In this document: piece by piece, positions 1-8,088 of the stretch
Position numbering within the stretch: the stretch's first letter is position 1
Layout of the letters: each line of letters begins with the position of its first letter
From: a virus
Strand: one strand, 5' to 3'
DNA: 64,000 nucleotides
IMG/VR virus record: IMGVR_UViG_3300049489_001336
Coordinates: 64,001-128,000 of that record
Program-made: the position numbers and the translations under genes
The notes under the pieces: generated by a model
The model's database searches: none
What the model saw: only the letters and a program-made list of their open reading frames with translations
What the model was told of the DNA's origin: nothing

Positions 1-151
1 CATTTGAGCGTAAGGGTCTTTCCATGAACGTTTCCGCTACAAGGATATGTTCATAGATCCACCCGTCCCAGTTATCAGAGCGCATCGCTGATGCGTGCTC
101 CCCAACAAACACGACGCGGTACCCGTTCAGATAACGTACTTGCTTAGGCAT
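1..151 (-). CDS. HNH-type homing endonuclease, N-terminal 50 codons (runs off the window edge)
   Basis: Own translation from ATG at 151: MPKQVRYLNGYRVVFVGEHASAMRSDNWDGWIYEHILVAETFMERPLRSN, matching the GY...EH(R/I)LV.E..(L/M).R.L segment that precedes the HH..N..DN core of phage HNH endonucleases. The catalytic core is outside the window. Confidence 0.7.
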   Translation of the reverse strand, partial: MPKQVRYLNGYRVVFVGEHASAMRSDNWDGWIYEHILVAETFMERPLRSN

Positions 152-155
152 ATTG

Positions 156-191
156 ATGAGCCGGGGGCTCTGACCTTTGAGCTACTAGCCC
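156..191 (-). tRNA. 5' exon of an interrupted tRNA with CAU anticodon (Ile2 or Met)
   Basis: Minus strand GGGCUAG UA GCUC AAAGGUCA GAGC C CCCGG CU CAU. After CAU the sequence is CAAUAUGCC, with no CCGGG to close the anticodon stem; the HNH ATG follows 4 nt later. Confidence 0.8.
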
Positions 192-234
192 TAAAACACA
201 CTACGTTAAGCTAACTTCTTATACCTCAAAGCGT

Positions 235-444
235 TCAAAAATCGTTGTGTTGCATTACACAATCGTGTGCGTTATTCATGTGCCCATCCTCCACATTTAA
301 CTGAATGACTTTAATTACAAAAGTATTGCCGTCAAGGTCTTCAAGCGGAAGTTGAACATAGTCATTGCTACCTGTCAAGGACACGTCGCGTACTTTACCT
401 TTCAAAGCGTCCTCTAAAACCCGAGCAAGGTCTTTTGCATTCAT
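235..444 (-). CDS. hypothetical protein
   Basis: 69-aa ORF in the co-directional gene run; no motif recognised. Confidence 0.55.
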   Translation of the reverse strand: MNAKDLARVLEDALKGKVRDVSLTGSNDYVQLPLEDLDGNTFVIKVIQLNVEDGHMNNAHDCVMQHNDF

Positions 445-450
445 AAATCC

Positions 451-975
451 TCAAAACCGAGCGTAATACGCGTGGCGTTTGGCGTACTCTACATACCAAG
501 GTTCTAGCCCTAAAAGCAACGCGTGATTAAGCATCATTAAACGTCCTGAACGGCCATTGCCGTCTTCAAAGGGATGAATATGTTCAAACTCCACGTGGCG
601 ATTCCACACCCACGCGATACGTTCCTCTTCTGTGCGTTCTTTTTGTGCTTCAAACGTGTCCCGTACACGGTCCCACCAGTCGCGCAACAAAAGGGGCACT
701 TCCCGATAATCAGGACAAACGCGTCCTCCTACAGCTACGTTTATTTTACGTAGCTTACCGGCTTTATTCTTGAAGCCTTTCAATCTGCGCATTAGTAATG
801 CGTGCACCACAAGAGGGTGTACAAACAAATTTTCTTTGGACCTAGAGACAACGTACTGCGCTGCTTCTAGGTGGTCATCGTAGTGAGGGTCCCCCGGCAA
901 ATTGACGTGCCCTGGTTGAGGGTCAATCAAATTGTGTTCGTGCACAAAGGAATGAAGAAACTCTGCGGTAACCAT
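451..975 (-). CDS. Fic/Doc family protein (AMPylase-type)
   Basis: Canonical Fic motif HPFEDGNGRSGR. Confidence 0.9.
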   Translation of the reverse strand: MVTAEFLHSFVHEHNLIDPQPGHVNLPGDPHYDDHLEAAQYVVSRSKENLFVHPLVVHALLMRRLKGFKNKAGKLRKINVAVGGRVCPDYREVPLLLRDWWDRVRDTFEAQKERTEEERIAWVWNRHVEFEHIHPFEDGNGRSGRLMMLNHALLLGLEPWYVEYAKRHAYYARF

Positions 976-1077
976 TAGTTTAATATAGCGGACACACCTG
1001 CGCGTGCACCTACGGCATGCAATAAGCGTTTATTCTCTTGTTTTAATACGTAATTCTCTCGTCGTAGATACATATTT

Positions 1078-1980
1078 TCATGTACCAACAACGCTATTAA
1101 GTCCCAATCGTACTGGGAAAATCGCGCTTTTACCTGTAAAAAAGTCTTGAGGCCAGAGACCTGACTTAAGCGCTGCATTACGCGTTCGTACATACCTGTT
1201 TTCCCAATTGCCGAAAGTGTTAGTACCTAATTCATTTAACAGGACTTTTGCAAAGTCCCCTTTTTTGGCTTTTGAAATGGCCGTCAACAACTCCGTTTTA
1301 GCAGGAGCAGGACCGTTGACAGAATAACAGTGATATACGCACAAAGCGAGATCTTCTTCGAGGCTGAGATCAGAAGAGTCAGCTAATAGTGTTAATGGAT
1401 TACGTCCCTTATAGAACTGGCTCTCTACATCTTTATGCGTCGAAATAAGCCAACGTATCGCAAAGTCTTTTTGCGCTTCAAACGTAGCGGAGTCCGCGAA
1501 CAAAAGATGATGCAACCAAGCCCAGCGTTTTGCGGTTTCCCACTGCGCACCTGTTTTAGGTACTCTACCCGCTGGGGGTGTAAATACATCTAAAATGTCT
1601 TTACCGGAAATGAGATCGCCTGTTTTAATATTTCGTAGTTTGCCATCCTTACCGACGAACCAATTATGCTTACGGTAAGCGGTCCAAAGCTCATACAAAT
1701 GCGGAGACTTAGTCTCCGCATACTCTAATGCTTGCAAAAGCGAGAAAAGAGACCCTTGAGTAAGCGAGCGAGGATACACCGCGATATTGTGTAAGGGCCC
1801 GGCGGACATGCCTGCGCCATCATAGCTTTGCACTGCCCCATAGAACGGCGCTTCCATAAGAGCCGTTAAATAGTAGGCACGGTCCATGTGCTTTTTAGTC
1901 GTAGGCGGAGCAACAGCTACCGTACCGTTAATCTTACAACCAGCAAATTGTTGGTAGCGGATCCAGATAACAGTAGTCAT
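1078..1980 (-). CDS. hypothetical protein, possibly lysozyme-like peptidoglycan hydrolase
   Basis: 300-aa ORF; segment E...YGAVQSYDGAGMSAGPLH resembles the YD...(L/M)S.G..Q/H motif of lysozyme-fold phage hydrolases. Weak call. Confidence 0.35.
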   Translation of the reverse strand: MTTVIWIRYQQFAGCKINGTVAVAPPTTKKHMDRAYYLTALMEAPFYGAVQSYDGAGMSAGPLHNIAVYPRSLTQGSLFSLLQALEYAETKSPHLYELWTAYRKHNWFVGKDGKLRNIKTGDLISGKDILDVFTPPAGRVPKTGAQWETAKRWAWLHHLLFADSATFEAQKDFAIRWLISTHKDVESQFYKGRNPLTLLADSSDLSLEEDLALCVYHCYSVNGPAPAKTELLTAISKAKKGDFAKVLLNELGTNTFGNWENRYVRTRNAALKSGLWPQDFFTGKSAIFPVRLGLNSVVGT

Positions 1981-2225
1981 GGCTCGTCTTCTCGATATTT
2001 TTTTAGTTGTTCAATTTGACGCCGGAGAATTCCTACAGAAGTCTCCAGGTCTTTTGTGTACCCTGCTCCTTCATCATAGAGCTGACCGAGCCAATATAAC
2101 AAAACGCCACGAACAGCGTCGCGCCACTGCTCACGGGTCTCGCTTTGCTCAATGGTCTTTTCTATGTCAACACGCACAGCTTCAAAATGGTTTAAAACCA
2201 CGCGTGTTTTACGGTCTACGGGCAC
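1977..2225 (-). CDS. hypothetical protein
   Basis: 82-aa helical ORF whose stop overlaps the next start (ATGA coupling). Confidence 0.6.
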   Translation of the reverse strand: MPVDRKTRVVLNHFEAVRVDIEKTIEQSETREQWRDAVRGVLLYWLGQLYDEGAGYTKDLETSVGILRRQIEQLKKYREDEP

Positions 2226-2273
2226 ATATCAAAAATAGATCGAACACCTAAAAAGAACAACGATCACATTGGG

Positions 2274-2534
2274 CTAACACACAACGTAGACGGTTGTTCT
2301 ATTACTTACTTTAGGTATTAAATTAAGCGACGGATACTGCCCTTGTTGTGCATCAACAACTTGAACCCGATGTGTAGCGCGGTACTTCTGCCACTTAGCC
2401 AAATAAAAATGCTTTTTACCGGGTAATGTAACAATCAAATTAACGTCTTTGTTTTCATACCTCCCCTTAAGGTATGCCGTAAGGGTTTCTGGTGCAGCGT
2501 CCTTTTCATAAATGAAAATATTATCTATCTGCAC
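2274..2534 (-). CDS. hypothetical protein (GTG start at 2534; the listed 2573 start lies inside tRNA-Gln)
   Basis: ORF resumes immediately after the tRNA-Gln CCA end. Confidence 0.5.
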   Translation of the reverse strand: MQIDNIFIYEKDAAPETLTAYLKGRYENKDVNLIVTLPGKKHFYLAKWQKYRATHRVQVVDAQQGQYPSLNLIPKVSNRTTVYVVC

Positions 2535-2535
2535 T

Positions 2536-2609
2536 TGGTTCGGGAGCAGGGACTTGAACCCCGATAACAACATCCAAAGTGTTGTGTCCTACCGTTAGAC
2601 GACTCCCGA
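2536..2609 (-). tRNA. trnQ: tRNA-Gln(UUG)
   Basis: Cloverleaf: acceptor UCGGGAG/CUCCCGA, anticodon arm CAACA-CUUUGGA-UGUUG, T loop UUCAAGU, encoded CCA. Confidence 0.95.
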
Positions 2610-2665
2610 ATGAAATTATTCTATACAGCTAAACGAATTAAGCACAAGCTCAATTCCAAACCTAC

Positions 2666-3397
2666 TCAGGTTTCCGTGCCCGTAAGGGCCTGCAACGCTT
2701 CTTCGAGCGCTATGAAACGTTCTTTCATGAGCACAGCCCAGCTACTTACAACGAGCCGCACGGTGGCCTTATCAAGGCCCGTAGACTCGGTAAGGACGTT
2801 GAGCACGTCCATGGCGTACCTTTTGTTGTACTCAGGAACGTACATGCCATGGAAGCGCGTCGCAATTTCCTGGATTTTGGTCACAGGTATTTTGCTGCGC
2901 TTTCGCAGCGCACGGTCAATCACTTTGTCTGTGCCGTCTACAGGTTGCGCGTCTCCCAAGACGTACTCTCGCCATAGGTGTAGAACGGTCCCCGCGTACT
3001 TGGATCTTGGGGTAGGCGCCGTGTGCCCCGCTTCCCATGCCGTGTATTGCGTGGGGTGTACACCTATGCGTTTCGCCAACGTACCTCGTTTGAGGCCCAT
3101 CGCTGTTCGCAATCGAAGAAACTCGGCAGGGCTCAAAGGCCATTCAGGCATATCCCTTATGTCGGTGAGCTCTAACTGCGTCGGTTGCGCAGAAGCTTCT
3201 TCAGGGACTTCAGCCTTCTCTACATATTTTTTCCACAAAATACCTAGTTTTCGGTGGTACTTTTCACTGGGCTTATTATTGCCTTCCAACCAGTGCGTAA
3301 CACCGCGCCCAGAAATGCCCACTCTACGCGCCAATTCGGCGCGGGTAAATCCAGCGGCATTGATGAGTTGTTGGACACTCTCAGAATTCCATTCCAC
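2666..3397 (-). CDS. transcriptional regulator with two XRE-type HTH domains
   Basis: Two Cro/CI-like repeats: FTRAELARRVGISGRGVTHWLEGNNKP and LKRGTLAKRIGVHPTQYTAWEAGHTAP. Confidence 0.85.
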   Translation of the reverse strand: MEWNSESVQQLINAAGFTRAELARRVGISGRGVTHWLEGNNKPSEKYHRKLGILWKKYVEKAEVPEEASAQPTQLELTDIRDMPEWPLSPAEFLRLRTAMGLKRGTLAKRIGVHPTQYTAWEAGHTAPTPRSKYAGTVLHLWREYVLGDAQPVDGTDKVIDRALRKRSKIPVTKIQEIATRFHGMYVPEYNKRYAMDVLNVLTESTGLDKATVRLVVSSWAVLMKERFIALEEALQALTGTET

Positions 3398-3449
3398 AAT
3401 TTCTCTCCTTGTTATCCATGGTCTTTTACCAGGATCGGAGAGAATACTT

Positions 3450-3737
3450 TGGTAGGGACGGTCGGACTCGAACCGACAAGGTTTTTACACCGAAGGATTT
3501 TCTTACCACTACGACTTTCGTCGCCTTATGCTGTTTGTGGTCTGGACTATACCTTCACCGTACTCAAAAAGAGGTTAGGTGGCAGCCGTCTAGTCTCTAC
3601 ACGTTCCCTGTTCCAGGGCTTCGCTCGGTATTGCCATTTTACAGGTTTCACCGACTTTGACTGCATTCACGTCAAAGGTTTCCCTTTGAGTGCTCAATAT
3701 TTAAAGTCCTCTGCGTTTACCATTTCGCCACGCCCCC
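3450..3737 (-). tRNA. trnL: tRNA-Leu(UAA), intron-containing (exons 3704-3737 and 3450-3501)
   Basis: Exon 1 GGGGGCGUGGCGAAAUGGUAAACGCAGAGGACUU joined to exon 2 AAAAUCCUU...GGUUCGAGUCCGACCGUCCCUACCA gives anticodon loop CUUAAAA, a long variable arm and CCA. Confidence 0.93.
3502..3703 (-). mobile_element. group I intron (IC3-like, 202 nt, no ORF) between U34 and A35 of tRNA-Leu
   Basis: P1 CUU/GAG, P2 CUCAAAGG-GAAA-CCUUUGAC, P3 GCAGUC/GGCUGC, P4 UCGGU/ACCGA, P7 elements AGAGACUA and UAGUCC, P9 GAAA tetraloop, terminal G. Confidence 0.92.
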
Positions 3738-3738
3738 A

Positions 3739-3813
3739 TGGTAGTACCTGCAGGGATTGAACCTGCGACTTACCCCTTGTAAGGGGGTCACTCTGCCACT
3801 GAGTTAAGGTACT
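3739..3813 (-). tRNA. trnV: tRNA-Val(UAC)
   Basis: Acceptor AGUACCU/AGGUACU, anticodon arm ACCCC-CUUACAA-GGGGU, CCA encoded, 1 nt from tRNA-Leu. Confidence 0.93.
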
Positions 3814-3817
3814 TTAG

Positions 3818-3891
3818 TCAGGGTAGCTGGACTTGAACCAACAACCCCCGCGACCCAAACGCGGTGCGCTACCAGCTTGCGCTATACCCTG
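3818..3891 (-). tRNA. trnP: tRNA-Pro(UGG)
   Basis: Anticodon arm CCGCG-UUUGGGU-CGCGG, T loop UUCAAGU, no encoded CCA. Confidence 0.93.
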
Positions 3892-3892
3892 T

Positions 3893-4090
3893 TTAGAAGT
3901 AATCCCACAAGATCCCTTTCGGATATCTTACAGTAATTAATTCATAGTTCTGATGTATTAACTGAAGGCGTGCGCGTTGTCTAGCTTTTTTCCAACGGAT
4001 TCGTTGATCCCATCTTCGAAAACCCCTCGCGCATAACCCTCGTTCTATTTTATGCGTTTTACGCGACTTACGACGGTAATTCGTATGCAC
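3893..4090 (-). CDS. small basic hypothetical protein
   Basis: 65-aa Arg/Lys-rich ORF between tRNA genes. Confidence 0.5.
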   Translation of the reverse strand: MHTNYRRKSRKTHKIERGLCARGFRRWDQRIRWKKARQRARLQLIHQNYELITVRYPKGILWDYF

Positions 4091-4180
4091 ATAACCCTGC
4101 TAAGACGCCAAGTGAGCGTCATAGCGGGGCTTCGTGTTTATTCTCTAAATAAAACATGAATATACTCTTTCTTTTACCAG

Positions 4181-4265
4181 CGGAAGTAAAGGGATTCGAA
4201 CCCCTGGTGAATTGCTCCACGCCGGCTTTCAAAACCGGTGCCTTAAACCGCTCGGCCATACTTCC
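4181..4265 (-). tRNA. trnS: tRNA-Ser(UGA)
   Basis: Anticodon arm CCGGU-UUUGAAA-GCCGG, long variable arm, G73. Confidence 0.93.
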
Positions 4266-4275
4266 AAAGAGCCTC

Positions 4276-5772
4276 CTACTCGTTTTGAGTAGATGACAGG
4301 GCCGCAGTGCCTACGCCTAAGCCTGTCCCAAGACCCGCAGCACCCAACAATGCTTTATCTTGGTGCATACGCCCTGTAACACTTTCCTGTAACTTCCTAC
4401 TTATCAAAGGATTATTAAATGTTCCTGGTGTAGGATTAGATTCTATCAAACGAAAAGTGCCGTCAGGAAGTTCCGCGACATCAAATGCTTGATGAAGCGG
4501 GGCGTTATCGTAGTGCGATGTTAAAGGCTTATTCACTTTGCTAACAAAGTCTTCTAAAGCTTGGCGTCTATCCCCCGTAACGGGCATATGCGCAAAACCG
4601 CCTTCGCCTATTCCAAGGCTCGAAGACATCCTGTTCCACGCATCACGTATTTTGCCTTCAGGCAAACGGCGATGTGTCGATGCAAAGGGGACGCCTTGAA
4701 CCGTATGTACACGATACTCATTTTTGATGGGTATCTTTTGTTGAAGAATAAACCTGTTCGGGTTCTTCGCAATATCCTGCCAACGAGAATCCTTTAAGTC
4801 CGTTTTATTACTGACGAATGATGCGACATCGCCAAGGGACTCATCAACGGGTTTTATGAGCCACCCTTCCGGTAAATTTTTCGCTAAATGATTTTGAAGA
4901 GCATTCACATCTCCGTTAAATGCTTTCAAAACGTCCTGCATCTTTTCAGTCTCGGGAATTACGGCAGTGCCATCGTCTAAGTGTTCACGCACCTGTTTGA
5001 ACACGTCACCGAACGTGGCTTTATCCGCCATTGCTCCCGTTAAGCCTGAGTTCGCCGCATTTAGATCCACTTTACCTTGCACGGGGATCTGCGAAAAAGG
5101 AGATCCGTGGTGTAATACGGTGCTGTCTCTACGTAAGACTTCACGGTTTTTAGCAGCGGCAGCGACATCATCTGAAATGTCGTCAGCGCCGTATAAAACG
5201 CGACGTACAGCTCTCCCCAACGCCGAACCCGTAGGTCGATGCGTGGCTACTTCAAACGGGAGATCCTTCGCTTTTTCTTGGAGCTTCTGTAACGCAGGAG
5301 AGTCACTCGGTTTGAATCGACGTAAATATTTATACGCGGGATACATCGCGGCAGCGCCTAACCCTAAGCCTGTCAAAGTATCCTGCGTATCCCAATCATT
5401 TGCGAGCTTTACGCCTAACACATGGCATGCTGCTTTTTTACCTTGGGTATAGGGAACAGACTCTCCCACTGTATCAATAAACGTGGTAGAGGCTGCAGCA
5501 GGGCTCGGGGGACGGCTGAGAGTTTGCGGCCCTACGTTTAGAGACGACGAGGGCGGCGCTCCAGCGCCTAGCTGTTTGGTTACTGGCTGAGCAGCCAGGC
5601 GTGGTGTATTTTGCGAAACGCCGTATGATGCACCAGGTTTGCGCCGTAGATACTTACCTAGGCCGTAAGCGCCGAGACCCAGCGCCCCTACGCCAAGAAC
5701 AGACCCCCATCCCAGTCCTTGCTCTTTTTGGGATTGCTGCGGGTATTGTTGATTTTGATATGGGTTATTCAT
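4276..5772 (-). CDS. ATP-grasp (RimK-like) enzyme with Gly-rich hydrophobic segments and an internal copy of the shared G-x3-A-x3-LG motif
   Basis: ATP-grasp motifs WLIKP, FILQQKI..NEYRV, AFDV and LIESNPTPG; hydrophobic GxxxG helices near the N-terminus, middle and C-terminus; internal YTQGKKAACHVLGVKLA. Confidence 0.75.
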   Translation of the reverse strand: MNNPYQNQQYPQQSQKEQGLGWGSVLGVGALGLGAYGLGKYLRRKPGASYGVSQNTPRLAAQPVTKQLGAGAPPSSSLNVGPQTLSRPPSPAAASTTFIDTVGESVPYTQGKKAACHVLGVKLANDWDTQDTLTGLGLGAAAMYPAYKYLRRFKPSDSPALQKLQEKAKDLPFEVATHRPTGSALGRAVRRVLYGADDISDDVAAAAKNREVLRRDSTVLHHGSPFSQIPVQGKVDLNAANSGLTGAMADKATFGDVFKQVREHLDDGTAVIPETEKMQDVLKAFNGDVNALQNHLAKNLPEGWLIKPVDESLGDVASFVSNKTDLKDSRWQDIAKNPNRFILQQKIPIKNEYRVHTVQGVPFASTHRRLPEGKIRDAWNRMSSSLGIGEGGFAHMPVTGDRRQALEDFVSKVNKPLTSHYDNAPLHQAFDVAELPDGTFRLIESNPTPGTFNNPLISRKLQESVTGRMHQDKALLGAAGLGTGLGVGTAALSSTQNE

Positions 5773-5778
5773 AAAACC

Positions 5779-6432
5779 TCACATGAACCCGCGCATCTCT
5801 TTGTAGAGTTGATCTATTTTAGCTTGGTTAGCCGCAAATTCTGCTTTTTGCTTATGCCCCATTGCAGCATGCTCACCAACCCCTGCAACATCATCAAAAA
5901 AATGCCCTACATGTTTTGGGTTATTGACAAACTTAAAAGCTTCTTCTGCAACAGCAGGGTCCATACCTACACGACGTGCGTTATCCGGGTGTAGGTATGC
6001 TTGCATCTTCTTCAAATTAGGTGCGTTTTTACGCGCATTGTTTAGCGCTTCCTGGACTTGTGGACTCAAGTTAGTGAAGTCCGTTTTAACAGGGCGGCTA
6101 CGCCCTCTCAAAAAATCGATTTCTTGTCGACGCAAATCATTTAAATAACGTTTAGCACCAAAGCCCAGCGCACCCGTGCCTAGTCCGTATACCCCCGCGA
6201 AGACTTTCTGTGCGGTAGGGTGGTCTTCAAGTAACGGGTCATTATAGACGCCCACGCCTGCAATTGCTCCAGGAACAACACCATGGGCAATTTCACTCGC
6301 GACGGGAGCTGCCTTTTCCTTGACAAACTTGGCCGCTTGTTCTTTGAAATTAGGAACAGGCGCTGCCGTTTTTGCAAAACCAAGGACAGCGAAAGCACGC
6401 CCTGCCCCGGCCATATAAATCTGATCTGCCAT
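5779..6432 (-). CDS. Gly-zipper membrane protein with shared N-terminal motif and a J-domain-like HPD segment
   Basis: N-terminal YMAGAGRAFAVLGFAKTAA; two hydrophobic helices; KKMQAYLHPDN...AEEAFKFVN resembles J-domain helices II-III; paralog of 48740..49171. Confidence 0.65.
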   Translation of the reverse strand: MADQIYMAGAGRAFAVLGFAKTAAPVPNFKEQAAKFVKEKAAPVASEIAHGVVPGAIAGVGVYNDPLLEDHPTAQKVFAGVYGLGTGALGFGAKRYLNDLRRQEIDFLRGRSRPVKTDFTNLSPQVQEALNNARKNAPNLKKMQAYLHPDNARRVGMDPAVAEEAFKFVNNPKHVGHFFDDVAGVGEHAAMGHKQKAEFAANQAKIDQLYKEMRGFM

Positions 6433-6456
6433 GGCCTAAGTATAGGCTAAAATTAG

Positions 6457-6529
6457 AGCCCCCTGTCGGATTCGAACCGACGACCGCCAGTTTACAAAAC
6501 TGGTGCTCTACCGACTGAGCTAAAGAGGC
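6457..6529 (-). tRNA. trnT: tRNA-Thr(UGU)
   Basis: Anticodon arm CCAGU-UUUGUAA-ACUGG, standard D and T arms. Confidence 0.95.
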
Positions 6530-6563
6530 GAATAGGCTAAGCCTACTCAAAGCCCCTTTCCCG

Positions 6564-7259
6564 TCAATCTATTTCTAGAGTGAACGGAGCAGGTGGCAAA
6601 TAACGCTCTACTTGGTCTGGGCGTAGAGCTTCTACGACAGCTGATTTACGGACAAAGTTTTGCCGGCCAGGTCCTACACCGTCAGTTTCAAAGCACTCGC
6701 CTGTGCGAATATTCTTCGCACTACGAACAGGAACTACTTCCTTAGGCGAGCGGATAATCTCCGCGCCTTCTTTAATAGCCCAACCCGGTGAACTGCTAGA
6801 GTCCGTCCATACCTCCTGATAACGAATTCCTACAGGAACCACTACGTACGGATCGGAGTCCGTACAGCCCGTAGTCCCGTGATATTCACTGGTGCTCCTT
6901 GACAACTGGTTTGGGTCCAATTCTCCTGTCAAAGGATCCAATAAAGCATACTCAAACCCCAAACTGTCTTTGAATATCCTCTCCTTCACTCCGTGAATTG
7001 GCGCCAGTTCGCCATTGGCATCGCGCCATTTTGGACCGCGTGCGTCCCCAGGATCTCCCTTCGGACCTTGCGGGCCTTGGATTCCTTGAGGGCCTTGGGG
7101 CCCAGGTTCACCTTGAGGTCCCTGAGGTCCCTGAACTCCTGCTACGCCGTCATTCCCGGTAGCGGCTAGCGTGGGTTCTGCTGCTTTGTTTTGCAGCCCC
7201 AGGTCATCGCCGCCGCACGCCACCACAAGCAATAGGCAGCACAAAAATAGACTTTTCAT
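6564..7259 (-). CDS. collagen-like repeat lipoprotein
   Basis: Signal peptide with lipobox (MKSLFLCCLLLVVAC-GGDD) and about 13 consecutive Gly-X-Y triplets rich in GPQ; SD GGTGGGG before ATG 7259. Confidence 0.8.
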   Translation of the reverse strand: MKSLFLCCLLLVVACGGDDLGLQNKAAEPTLAATGNDGVAGVQGPQGPQGEPGPQGPQGIQGPQGPKGDPGDARGPKWRDANGELAPIHGVKERIFKDSLGFEYALLDPLTGELDPNQLSRSTSEYHGTTGCTDSDPYVVVPVGIRYQEVWTDSSSSPGWAIKEGAEIIRSPKEVVPVRSAKNIRTGECFETDGVGPGRQNFVRKSAVVEALRPDQVERYLPPAPFTLEID

Positions 7260-7311
7260 AATCCCCACCTTCCTTGACACTTGTGCCACAAAAAGGGGCG
7301 TTTTTATGAAG

Positions 7312-7710
7312 TTAAGGACTGAGTAGTCTCAGTACTTTTTTACGAAAATAACCAGGCGCGTTCTCCTCTTTTTCGAGGATTTTATTTACCTCGGTGAGCG
7401 TTAAGTTTTGTACTTTGTAGAGATCTGCAAAAGGCTGCGGATCCATTACTTTCCAAAACCTGCGACGCGCCGCCCGCGCCTGTGTCAGCGGTGCATTAGC
7501 CATTGTCAACAGAAAGCGGTCTTCAGGAGACAACTTCTGCTTTGCAGCATCAATAGCTATCTCCAACGCTGTTAATTGAGGCTGAATCGCTTCAACCTCT
7601 TCTGCGAAATACTTTGTGATCGGCGCATCGGGCGCGATCTTGTGTAAGAACCACATAATGACAGACCACAGGCCCATCGAGGTTCTATGAACCTTAAGCA
7701 TGGTAGACAT
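7312..7710 (-). CDS. hypothetical protein
   Basis: 132-aa ORF with SD GGGAG. Confidence 0.6.
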   Translation of the reverse strand: MSTMLKVHRTSMGLWSVIMWFLHKIAPDAPITKYFAEEVEAIQPQLTALEIAIDAAKQKLSPEDRFLLTMANAPLTQARAARRRFWKVMDPQPFADLYKVQNLTLTEVNKILEKEENAPGYFRKKVLRLLSP

Positions 7711-7759
7711 GACGCCATCTCCCTTCGACGTCTTGTACCATTATTATGAAGGTAATTAG

Positions 7760-7831
7760 CGCTCTCGGCGGGAATCGAACCCGCATTGCTGATGTGAAAA
7801 ACCAGTGTCCTAACCGCTAGACGACGAGAGC
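7760..7831 (-). tRNA. trnE: tRNA-Glu(UUC)
   Basis: Anticodon arm CUGGU-UUUUCAC-AUCAG, Glu-type D arm GUCUAGCGGUUAGGAC. Confidence 0.93.
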
Positions 7832-8088
7832 TTTTTACGACCTTCTGCAGTGATAAAGTATCTTAGTGCAGTCGTTTCGTCGATTTCCCAACGGAGGTAT
7901 CCCCGCTTGATGAGACCGTGCATCGAACGTTCGGTGTAGTCTACACGCGTATCTCCTATGCGAAGACGGATCTGCGCAAGCAGTAGCCCCGTCTCTCTAT
8001 GCAGCTCCGCCAAGATACGTAACTGAGCTTCTCCAAGACTTTTTGAGGCACGTTTTTTAACAGGAGACCCTGTAACCGCCAAACGCAT
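7810..8088 (-). CDS. winged-helix DNA-binding protein (MarR/PadR-like)
   Basis: Q..IL..L...helix...LIKRGYL......Y.IT.EGRK.L pattern; the stop codon lies inside tRNA-Glu. Confidence 0.6.
   Translation of the reverse strand: MRLAVTGSPVKKRASKSLGEAQLRILAELHRETGLLLAQIRLRIGDTRVDYTERSMHGLIKRGYLRWEIDETTALRYFITAEGRKKLSSSSG

Noticed and set aside
2610-3760. Plus-strand ORFs of 281 aa and 168 aa
   Set aside because: Antisense shadows of the double-HTH gene and of the intron-containing tRNA-Leu.
6564-7259. Tail fibre, based on the collagen repeat
   Set aside because: It has a lipoprotein signal peptide and lies outside the structural block.
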